A DNA stretch of 64,000 nt from assembly GCA_040954595.2 (NCBI GenBank), contig CM082588.2:2640144-2704143 (forward strand). Direction: 5' to 3'. Position numbers and translations under genes: made by a program. Positions 54,001-64,000 of this stretch are shown here, one piece after another (position 1 is the first letter of the stretch; each line of letters opens with the position of its first letter). Below the pieces are notes generated by a model. It saw only the letters and a list, made by a program, of their open reading frames with translations. It was not told where the DNA came from and searched no databases. This DNA is from Balanoglossus misakiensis (Eukaryota; Animalia; Hemichordata).

Positions 54001-56937
54001 CGTACTAAACTTTACTGCCCCTTTGGGTCTCTTGAGCTAGACAGATAGACCAGCGGTCATGCACAGGAGACAAGCAGTGCAGACTACCAGACAAGGAGGT
54101 AGGCAGAAAGGCAGACAGATGGTCGGACAGACAGACAGACAGGCAGACAGACAGACAGTACAAATACAAGGATAGCCTCTGTACTGAGGGTTCCTGTGTA
54201 GGTAAAGGTAATGAGGGGATGGGGGTTCAGTGAAGAGAACAACACAAATAAGTGTTAATTTAAAAAATAATGATGTCAAAAGTGAGCGCCTTTGCCCTTT
54301 TAAGTGCTTGTCAAGTGAACATTCATTGTATACACAACTCTCCACAAGGCCACTATAGCATACACGTGTCGACAACCGAGCATTTATCATGCAAGAATGC
54401 AGTAACATTTTCTGGTCTTCATTCCAACTTGAATAAAATCCTGCATGATATTAAAGCCCACCGCACGGAATGCCAAATCCACGTGGTGGAAAACCGATCC
54501 TGACTGATTCGGGATTAAAATCCGCGGGTGGGTGGGTTCACCCTTCAATGGAGTTACTTGCGTTGGAAACATCTGCGCATGCACGTGATTTGGGCAACAA
54601 CGCCGACACACGGAAAAGCGGTCTCCGAATGGCGTATTAATGAATTGATTAGTGGGCGGCTGAGGTGTCTCTCCACTTTCCAGATTACTAATGTTTGTTT
54701 AAGCATACTTACTCCAGAAAAACGAATAGCTTTGATTTTTTTCTGGAGCATCTATGGTTTTATTGAGCTGGATTCTTTCAGTCAGTATTGTCACGTGTTT
54801 GTTTGTTGACGGGTGGGGGGGGGGGGTGATTCTCATCGATGGCCGGTTGGGGTTAGCGAAAATTCGTTTTTATTAACGCTATACTGGATATTTCAAAGTT
54901 CTAGGTGGGTCCGGAGTCTACAGCCGATACAACAACGCGGAGATTATACTCGCCATAAGTACAGAACACAATCACCAACAAAAAAAGGGCGAGCAATTTG
55001 TTCAACCCCATTCTTCTAATCTGCGATTTGGTGGTTTTAGGAGAGCGAATTGATCACGTGCTCACACAGGATATGTCAGCTTCACCTGTTACAGTTAAAG
55101 ATGCGAACGACAGCTGTATAACCGATCGTGATCCGCAGAGATTGTTTTTTATCGATTTGATAACACCAGAGCGCGTTGTCGGTGGATCATTGGGGGATCA
55201 TCAAGCATGTTCAACACCAGGATTACCGATTCATTGAATACGTAAAAAAGGGAAAAGAAAAATCCCCTTTTCAGGTGTTCCGAATTGGCATATTTCCCCG
55301 AAACACAGTATTGTATTTGAAAGGTGTGCTTGTTCAATACACATCGATCTCCCTTTGTACTTCTTTGCATGCTCGATTGAATACCACTTGAACATACTAA
55401 AAACACACAAAAAAAGCAAAGGCATGTGTGATGACTGAGATGTAAAATAGAGTGAAAAATGGAATATTACTGTTAAAAGTATATGACAACTCTATATATG
55501 CACTACGATCAGTTTCTGATCTCAGTGCGGAATTTGATCTCGTACTTTATGTATGTAGTTATTCTTTGTGTATGTTTTTAAAGCGAATGGGACGCTCTAA
55601 ATTTGTTTAGTTTCTGTCGAGAGGGGCTTTCCCCCTATTTTGCCTCGTATCCGGGTAGAAAGTTAGGGGCACAGCGCAGCGGTCTCGAAAGATTCTTTTT
55701 GGCAGTTCACCAGGTGCACGAATACTGTAACGTGTGAGATGATTGGTCTTCCGGAAGGGTTGCTTGCACTATGCCTCGAATCTGGTGTGAACGTGGGAGA
55801 TTCACACATGTATGACAGGAGACAGGCTTTTTTTATGTTTGCCGACTGCGCTTCGACACACGCACGTCACACGGTGCATAATTGAAACTGGCGGTCTGGT
55901 CAATAACTCTCACACGCCCTCTCGTGCGCTGAGTAATTCTAGACGTCTAACAGCCTTTGCAAATGAAAACTCCCCGAAGTATGACGCGGACAAAAGGAGG
56001 CGCGCGTTGATTTCAATTTACCGACGGGGTATCATGTGTTTGGTGTTGACAGTGCGCGATCATGTTTCGGATTCCGCTTGCTAAACGCCGTTAAGTCAGA
56101 GAAACTCTTTGCTCGGGTCACACAGGCTGAGAGGACGCAACACGAGCAGAAATGGAAGGCAAACACAGATGAAATCATTGCGCAAAGAGCGATATGCATC
56201 TCATTCAATGTGCTGTTGGCATAACCAATTCTGTCCCATGCTCGTCTGGCTGTTGCAAAAACAGCGTTACAGCATCAGCCTATCCAGAGAGATACATCTG
56301 GAAATTGCTAGAATGAAATGTATTTCCATTCGTGTGGAACATTAACGTCTGTGTTCGATACTCTTTGCTTAACCGTCTTACCCTGCCATTGTCTGATCAT
56401 ATTGATGTTTTAGGTCTACTGCAATCATGCAATCATTTCATGTATTTTGGCAGTCTGCATGGGAGTTCGACTATTTCAAACTTAGATCACGTAATCTGCA
56501 GTCCTTACAAAGATATCGTGTTGCAGCATACTGCAGCTGTGCGGAGGACGTGCCTGCTACAGCAGTGTTAATTTTATGGCCCGAAAATTAGTTTTCATCG
56601 AGAATTGGCCAACGAAGAAATATACCCAAACTTTTATGTTCTGAAATAGCAGAAAGTGCAAAATAAAGGAGCCTAGTGTTCCCAGGTAAAACGATTATGT
56701 CTATAAATACAAATAAAACAATCAAAACCAATGCTGATCATTTTGGATAATATTTTTACAAGTAAAAGTCAGTATCATCATAGGGCCTATGTGTTGATTC
56801 AGAGATTTAAATATAGGGCCTACATGATACGTAACTCATTTTTAATACAAAGTTACACTGAAACATTGCTCCGTCAATTGTTTGGCACTGTCAGTGAATT
56901 TAACATTTCGTAGGCCTTACAGTTCGACAAAATCGCG

Positions 56938-57108
56938 GTTGCTATGCAAGCTAGCCCAGCAGCACGGCATAATGTAAATTTCATAACAAGCGCCCTCTGA
57001 CGGTTAGTCTTAGGGTCAATGCCCGGGTCAAGGGGCACCGTGGTCCATGACAACAAACAAAATGGCGGCCTAGATACGAAAGGAACATCTGTGTCGATTC
57101 TGTTTACG
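56938..57108 (+). promoter_or_regulatory. Probable CCDC83 promoter and non-coding first exon (X-box-like sites, YY1 motif, splice donor at 57109)
   Basis: GTTGCTATGCAAG at 56938; GTTGTCATGG on - at 57045-57054; AAAATGGCGGC at 57059-57069; ACG|GTACGT donor. A pyrimidine tract/AG near 57360-57372 precedes the ATG exon. Confidence 0.5.
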
Positions 57109-57414
57109 GTACGTTTAAATCAAAATTTTGGTCTTATTTAATCGAAGACAATAACAGGGATAGAAAATACATTCTTTGAGTAGTTCTCAATATTGTAAGG
57201 ACTTTTGATTACAAAGTATGCTCGTACAGTAGAGGAAAATGGAAAATGAATCGATCTGCCACAACGCTTTTGATATTTGATTGTGACAGTATATTCCAAG
57301 CCATCGTGTACATTACTTTCTCTGTCTGTGTTAATTCTGTTAACTGGAATAAGCAACTTTCCCTTCAGCAGAGCCTTCAGTCCAAAAGCCTCCCACTGCT
57401 GTCAAACGTGAAAT

Positions 57415-60184
57415 ATGGGCAAGAAGGGGAAGAAGAAGAGCGGGGGAGGCGGGGGTAAGAGTGGCAAAAAGAAAAGCGGAAAGAAGAAAGGGGGATCTGC
57501 AGCTGAGCAGATGACATTCAAGGAAGCAATGCTTGGCTACCAGTAAGTTGTTACACCATAGACAGTATAGACTGTGTATGGTCACACATTATCACATAGC
57601 ACCCATGTACATTGCACCCAAGAGTGCGCCCTCTGTGTCAATGAAGCACACCTTTTATGTGTTTGACTTTGATGTAATGGAAGAAAAAAGTTCATCTTCA
57701 AACAGACAAAAAAATGGACAGTAAGTCAAGGTATAAGCTGGTGTATGCAATAATTCCATCGTACAATGGTATGATTTTCTTTGTGACATCTGGGATGCTG
57801 ATGAAACAATGTTTTCTTCCATCAGGATAAGCATAAAAGAGAAATCCATAGAAGAATTTATGTTTGAAATCAAACAACTCGAGGAGAAGAACCAAAGGCA
57901 TAAAGAAAGAGTGAGTAACCTATGGCAATCAAAACCATTAAGTTCTTTGTTTTAATAGCATATTGTAACAAAAGAAAATACAACAAGTAACAAGTATATA
58001 CTGAAAATAACATTGTGTGATTTGACTTGAACTTGAATAGAATGAAAGGCTGAAGGAAGAACAGTTGTACCACATCAAAACGCTGTTGAAACAAGCAAAG
58101 GAAAGAGAGAAAGAACTTGAAGATGCCACAGTTGTTGGCAAGGAGCAAGTAGAAGCTGCGATGAAACAGAACTGGAAAATAGCCAAAGACGAGGAGCAGA
58201 AATTAGTTGGTGAGAACTCTAACCCTTTAACGAACATTGTTTGGTCCAAATCCATTGTTTTCTGTGATGAAGTTGGACCTGCATCACATTGCGTTGTATC
58301 CTAAGAAAGCATGTTTTTCTTCTCAGACTTGCGGGAAGAAATCCTAGCTGTGACCAAGAAGCTGGAAGACACAGCCAAGGAAGTGGCCATCTGGGAAGAG
58401 TACAGGAACAATGGACAACACAAACACGCCACCCAGATCAAATTACTGGAGCAGGAGTTAGTGGACATGCAAAACAGCTTTGACGAAATGAAAGGTGTGT
58501 TGAGGACGCTGTTTTCCAGTTAATCGAGCTTGTTGTGACTGCTTCTGTATCACCTCCACGCGTTCTGTGCTTCTGTTGCCACTTATAAAGAAATGCTGAG
58601 TGTTTGTGTCTTCTTTGCAGCTCATCTGGAAAAAACACTGGACAAAGCCAAAACGGAGATCGGTAAAACGACCGACGGAAAACTGAATTCACAGAAGGAG
58701 ATAGCATCTGAAGTGAGTTCCTGTTCTTTCTTTAGAAGGTTTCTCTTGTACATCCAGTTCCAACTGAGGTAGTGATGTAAACTTTCTCAGGTGGTCTTCA
58801 CGTCCTAATAACCTGCCACATTATTTCTGTCTATTCGTAACAGAAAGCCATGAAGACACTGGACAAGTGGAGTGCACAGGAAGTGATGGATAATGATTGG
58901 TTGAAGAGAGAGGTGAGGTGTAATTATCATCTTCTTTCTGTCTGTCTGTCTGTCTGTCTGTGCATGTGCGTTTTCTACTATTATAGATAGTGTTTCTACT
59001 ACCATAGATAGTGTTTCTACTACTATAGATAGTGTTTCTACTTCTATATATAATAATAGACACTGACCACTGCTGTAATCCATTTCCTTCTCTTGCTTCT
59101 TCTAGGCTGTCATACACAGAGAAGAGACTATCAATCTCAAGGAATATGTAGAGCAATTAGAAAAAGAAAACTTAGAAATTATGAGTGAATTGTTTGAATG
59201 CAGGGTAGATGATCTCAAGATATCCAGGTGAGACAATTGTGATTTCCTTAAGAGGGTTGCAAAAAGAAGTTTCTCTGTACTGGTACTGTTGTGTGGTTAA
59301 TTGGGACGTGTTCAGTGATGAATGTTCCCTTACTTTCACAATTTCAGGAATTTCTACCTCACCCAGTTTGAAGACACAGACAACATTGAAGATGGCATCC
59401 TTGAAATGGATTTATCTCAGATAGATTTCAAGCAAGATGCGGGTGAAAAAATGTTTGCTATTGAAGCGCCACCGAGTGCCAGATCAGGTAATTCTCAGCT
59501 TCTGTTTGCCACAGTTGTATATCAGAATTGTTTGTTGCTGCCTGTAACCCTTTCACCACTATGGTCTGGTCCAAATCCATTGTTTTCTATGGTAAAGATA
59601 GACTTCTTCATAGTAAAATGGGGGTGAATATTTAACCAATATTCGGACATTTACAGATGGGGCTTCTTCAGCTGCCTCCAGCAGGGCAGCCAGACCGAAG
59701 AGCGCCACCCAGCGAGCAGTGGAAAAGAAAGTCTTCTCCATTTCAACTGTGGCAGAGGAAGCAGAGGAGGAGGAGGAGGAGAGTGATGAGGACCAGGAAG
59801 ATTACGATGAAGACTACGATGGTGATGATGATCTTACTGAGGAGGAGAAGGCAGCGGCTGATGCGTTCTTAGATAATTATTTACAACTTGAAGATGAAAA
59901 CTATGATGTGAGTATACTGATTGCTGATTGTCCAGATGAAACCTTGCTGTACTAATAGTTTGTACATGTAATGAGGATTTGAATGTGTACATTTTTTGTT
60001 TTCTCAGGATTTCTTGAAGTTGGGTCCGCTGGAATTAAAACTGCTGAGTATCTCAGGGACGCCGAAACCACTGCATCCGCCGAAAAAGATTTCACCGGAA
60101 GAACAAGATGCCAAGGCTTCTGCCCCTGATGAGTGGCCCGTGTCGAGGGACATGCTTCATCAAGTTGTTAGGGCTGAAACCTAG
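57415..60184 (+). CDS. CCDC83: Coiled-coil domain-containing protein 83. Exons 57415-57542, 57826-57910, 58041-58209, 58327-58494, 58621-58712, 58844-58912, 59106-59227, 59348-59487, 59657-59907, 60008-60184 (about 466 aa)
   Basis: Spliced product [51 protein letters not shown]...EAAMKQNWK...WEEYRN...DNDWLKREAVIHREE...DFLKLGPLELKLLS matches recalled vertebrate CCDC83 motifs (EALLDYQ, RLKEEQ, ENDWLKKE, LGPL). Nine phase-compatible GT-AG introns. Confidence 0.9.
58972..59048. repeat. Intronic minisatellite, 21-bp unit (tttctactaytatagatagtg), about 3.6 copies, next to a (TCTG)n tract
   Basis: Read directly in CCDC83 intron 6. Confidence 0.9.
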
Positions 60185-61100
60185 GCTTTGGGGATAGGAG
60201 GGTGGGGAGGGGAGGGAAAGGGAGGGTGGCAGTGGGAGAGAACTGTAGCCATATTGTCAAGAGTTTGCATTTTTTCAAACTACGCCGTCCATTTAAATGT
60301 TGGAAATAAACTTTTACAGTCTTGATCATTTTCACTGGAAAATTAACTATTGGTGACGCACAGATTTCAGAAATGTTAAATTGTACATAGCAGTATCTTT
60401 GGGGACATTGATTTTTAAAACTGAAGAATTTGTGATCTATTGAGTTCTGTCGCGTTGGTATTTTCGATTTGTTTGTGGCTTGAAACATTGTACATAAAAG
60501 TACCAGAGTGACAACACAACTGGTATGAATTTTATCCGACTGGGAAGCATGTTACGATAAATGTTTACTGTGGCTATTCCTAAAATGGACTGTATATGTA
60601 GATACATGTAGTATTGAGACATGGTACCAAAATGAAAACTGTCAAAATGTCCTGGTTATGACCAATAGTGTCATTATACATCCCCGATACAGACACTGGA
60701 AGGCAATATGTGTAATTTTTAAGTCTTCATTTTTACAGTTATGTAATTGAGCACTTTTAAACCTCTATGTGTATGAAGAATAAGTACTTTGTACAAAATA
60801 AAAAACTTGATGTCAGAGGAATGATTTTCTGGTAGTTATTTTCTGAATTCACAATATTAAACTTTGACCAATTTTTATTCTCAATTTTGAGAGAGAATAA
60901 TTGAAAGTTTCCTTGAGCTTATATGAGATAAGGTTGAAGACTTCGATTTTCGAGGTGCATACTACATTTAGTGTCCCCCAAATGACATACAAACACCCAT
61001 TTTCCCAGAATGGACAATGATTAATTTCAATGGTCAATTTCCTTCTAAAACAAAAGAAACACAACAAATGAATGAAACTGAAACCAACCATTATCCGTGG

Positions 61101-61924
61101 CTATCTCTCAAACAATATCACGAGTTCACAGTGACTGGTGTGTGGGAACATGTCCACAGGAACAGCTCTGACAGGCGTGAAGGGTTTTCCGTACAGCTTC
61201 TTGACAGGTGGGCAGCAGAGACTGGAATTACCGGAGATTAAAAGATTAGTGCCTCAAATTTATACTTGACAACCTGGAGTGTTATTTGATTCGTATTATA
61301 TTGGAATGAACTAAGTGCAGGTTTGTTTTATTAATAATAGGTCTACTCCAGATAAAATAAATATGGAAACTTTTTTCCCCTCTAAAAGATATGCATAAAA
61401 AATATTATGTTGACTTACTCTATGAAGTTTCTCATAGCTTCTCCCTGGGGCTTGCAAGACACATACACTAGCCTTTTAATGAAATCACAATTACGCAGTG
61501 TCCTGATAACTTTCTTATCTGCGAAAACAGAATAGAGATTATAGTCACAGGAACCTAGAAATTGTATTACCCGATACACGTAATTGGAATAACATACCCA
61601 ACCGAACGTTACAGAAAATAGATTGTCTTCTCATCATTCAATTGCTTTCACCTGGAACTAACCATGACTGATTAATTCCATGGGTCCTAAATTGCGTTCA
61701 GTATTTTCGTTTATCGTTACATAAAATTTGTGAAAGTCTGTTTGGGTTATAAGATATGAAGTGATAGACAATTGTCTTCCACCAACGACTGTAAAAGTAC
61801 TTACGTAGTCCAACTCTGGCTGGATTCACTACAGCAACAACATCATGTTCACTTTGCAGAGTTGGAGTCAGCCCAGGGATGATTTTCTCAGCCTTGCCGA
61901 GGATGAATTCAGCATTTGAAATAT
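61101..61924 (-). CDS. TRMT2B: tRNA (uracil-5-)-methyltransferase TRMT2B-like, last three exons 61924-61805, 61518-61419, 61221-61101 (5' part not in window)
   Basis: Spliced peptide [18 protein letters not shown]...[85 protein letters not shown]. It has the TrmA/TRMT2 motif VI (YVSC) and the C-terminal D.FP.T.H.E motif. NPAR (versus DPPR) and LCCPP resemble TRMT2B. GT-AG introns, phases 1 and 2. Confidence 0.9.
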
Positions 61925-63132
61925 CTAGAAAATAAAACAGGAATAAAAACTTGGGCTCAGAGTCAAGGCAAATACATAGCACCCTCTTCCAACTCAGTCA
62001 AATAACACTTTGTTTTTACATGTTGAATGGCCATTCTGCAAATGTGTTTGCTAGATGATGAAATGCATGAATAAAATAAATAGAAAACAAGTAAATATGT
62101 AAGCATAATAATAAAAGCTACTATACAAAAATAAATACATTTCTGGCATAATGATAATTCATTAATAAAATCAAAACTAATTTTAAAAGTGTCATGATGT
62201 TATAACAATACATGAACTGGACAAAAATTGAACTTTATTGAAAAGGAAATATCTGCTCAATATTTTCCAGTGACTCATTGATTAATTTATCATTACATTA
62301 CATGAAAGTTTTTGTTTACAAACATTCTTAAATTCATTAAAGTACACAATTACAAAAATGTTTACAATTATTATTCATTGTATTTGTAAAATATACACAT
62401 TGCACTTTACAACATAACCACAGACTTTATACATTGTTCTTTTTTATAAAGGACAAATGACAACTTTTCAAATTGACAATTTTTAGAAATTCACTCATGC
62501 ATGTGCCCAGATTCAGAAAGCATCTGAAGTACACTGTATGTTCAACATGCCTGTCAAACTAAGACATATCCTGTTGTTGCATACAGTATCTCAATAACAT
62601 ACAACTTTACAGAATTCTGTCGAAAACCAACCACAGCACAATAAAACATCAGACATGATTAATAACATCTCATAACTTGAAGACAACAAGCATATGTATG
62701 TACAAATAAACCTCATCGATATAAGTACATGCATTCTGTCTTTAATCTACATTTCACATCTTCACAATTATAACATTTTCCAACACCAATTAGAGAACAG
62801 ATCAATATCTACCAGTATTCTGATATACAATCATTGAAAAGTGTACTCTTTGTTGTCCCAGCAAAGAAAGTTTCTCAGATACATTCGCTTGCCAAAAATA
62901 TTGATCTTGTAGATCAAATTGCCCCTCACCATTTTGAAGCACAGATCAAAATGAGAAACATGTTTCTACAATTGTCTCCCTACGGGATGGCAACAAAAAC
63001 AATGTTTATTGACTTCCAACATGATTAATACTGTCATGAACTTAACTAAGTCACATGGTCAGGTTTAATGTATGCTTTGAACAAATCCTTTTCCGGCCGA
63101 ACACAAATCAGGAATTGTCCGAACACGTATGA

Positions 63133-63574
63133 CTATAGACTACCATAGTAGGTGACCTGTGAAGCGATGGACACTGGACGAGACTTTCTCTTATCCAGTG
63201 TACTCATGCTGTAGTAGGCGTATCTTGGAGCAAACTCCATCTGTCCGTGGGTGTACTCATCATCATCTTTATCCCGAATGTTCGTCTTCCCAGAAAACAG
63301 AACTTCGTATGACGGAGGAGGCACTAGAAGTGGAGGAAAAATGCATGAAATTGTAAAACTAACCTTCAGAATAATTGTTTGCTCCATCTCGGATTTTAAT
63401 ACAGAGTTTACATGCATTCACAGTAGAGCAGGCATTCCAGACAACCGTATACTCACAATTGACACTCGGGGTATCCACAGTTGAAGGGGCTGGTGATCTG
63501 ACGGGAATGTTCCCGATAATGATGGGCAGTTTTAGCGAAAGATGGAATACGGTGCCAACAACTACAGCCTCAAC
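63133..63574 (-). CDS. Alpha-arrestin (arrestin domain-containing, ARRDC/TXNIP-like), last two exons 63574-63457 and 63323-63133 (5' part outside window)
   Basis: VEAVVVGTVFHLSLKLPIIIGNIPV is the end of the arrestin-C domain, followed by LPPPSYE (PPxY) and ...DDDEYTHGQMEFAPRYAYY, a typical invertebrate ARRDC tail. Phase-1 GT-AG intron. Confidence 0.85.
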
Positions 63575-64000
63575 CTGGAATGACAGACAATAAGGTGAAA
63601 AATGCTGAGTTGCTATGTACTTTCGCTTAAAACTGCAAAATAAGCTTTAAATTACACCGACGATACTCTGCACTGTAATGTTTTGGACAAACTGGTCGAT
63701 ACGACTGTAATTTGATTAATGCAGGTCTATTGATCACTTTCTGTGCATAGAATAACAATCCCATCCCTGATTGGTTTAATTGAAATAGACACAATTAATA
63801 AATCCGTTGCCTATATCCATCAGGAAGATAACAAAGGAATTTTATTTAGAAATCATGGATGATACCCAGGGAGATAATATCGCCCACTCTTATTTTACTT
63901 GATCAGAGATGCATGCAGTTGACACGTTTTACTGATATCTGACAAGAGAATATATGTGAGATGTTGCTTGCTCGTTGAGATTGAAATTCACAAAATGTTA

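Noticed and set aside
62930-62979. Candidate upstream TRMT2B exon (acceptor ...cccgtag, donor G|GTGAGG on -)
   Set aside because: The required frame contains a stop codon and has no TRMT2 similarity. It lies in the ARRDC 3'UTR.

Overview
Eukaryotic (invertebrate animal) genomic DNA with GT-AG spliced genes. The gene set is compatible with a hemichordate/echinoderm-like deuterostome, but that taxon is only an inference. In order, the window holds: an 87/88-bp tandem satellite at the left edge; a divergent mGluR-like class C GPCR (3 exons); an intronless RING/B-box/coiled-coil/filamin TRIM gene; a 7-exon BHMT-like homocysteine S-methyltransferase; an intron-containing tRNA-Tyr(GTA); a second mGluR-like GPCR (2 exons); an inverted two-exon BHMT-like relic; a 5-exon NR2E nuclear receptor with dissatisfaction (DSF/NR2E4) diagnostic residues inside a large non-coding region; a 10-exon CCDC83; the last three exons of a TRMT2B-like tRNA m5U methyltransferase (minus strand, mostly missed by the ORF track); and the last two exons of an alpha-arrestin (ARRDC) gene that appears to lie inside a TRMT2B intron on the same strand. 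Exon boundaries were read by eye from splice signals and reading-frame phase. Family assignments rest on recalled motifs, not database searches. I found no clear wholly new system. The best leads are the same-strand nested ARRDC/TRMT2B arrangement, the paired divergent GPCR + BHMT-like loci with altered ligand/substrate residues, and the DSF-type receptor.
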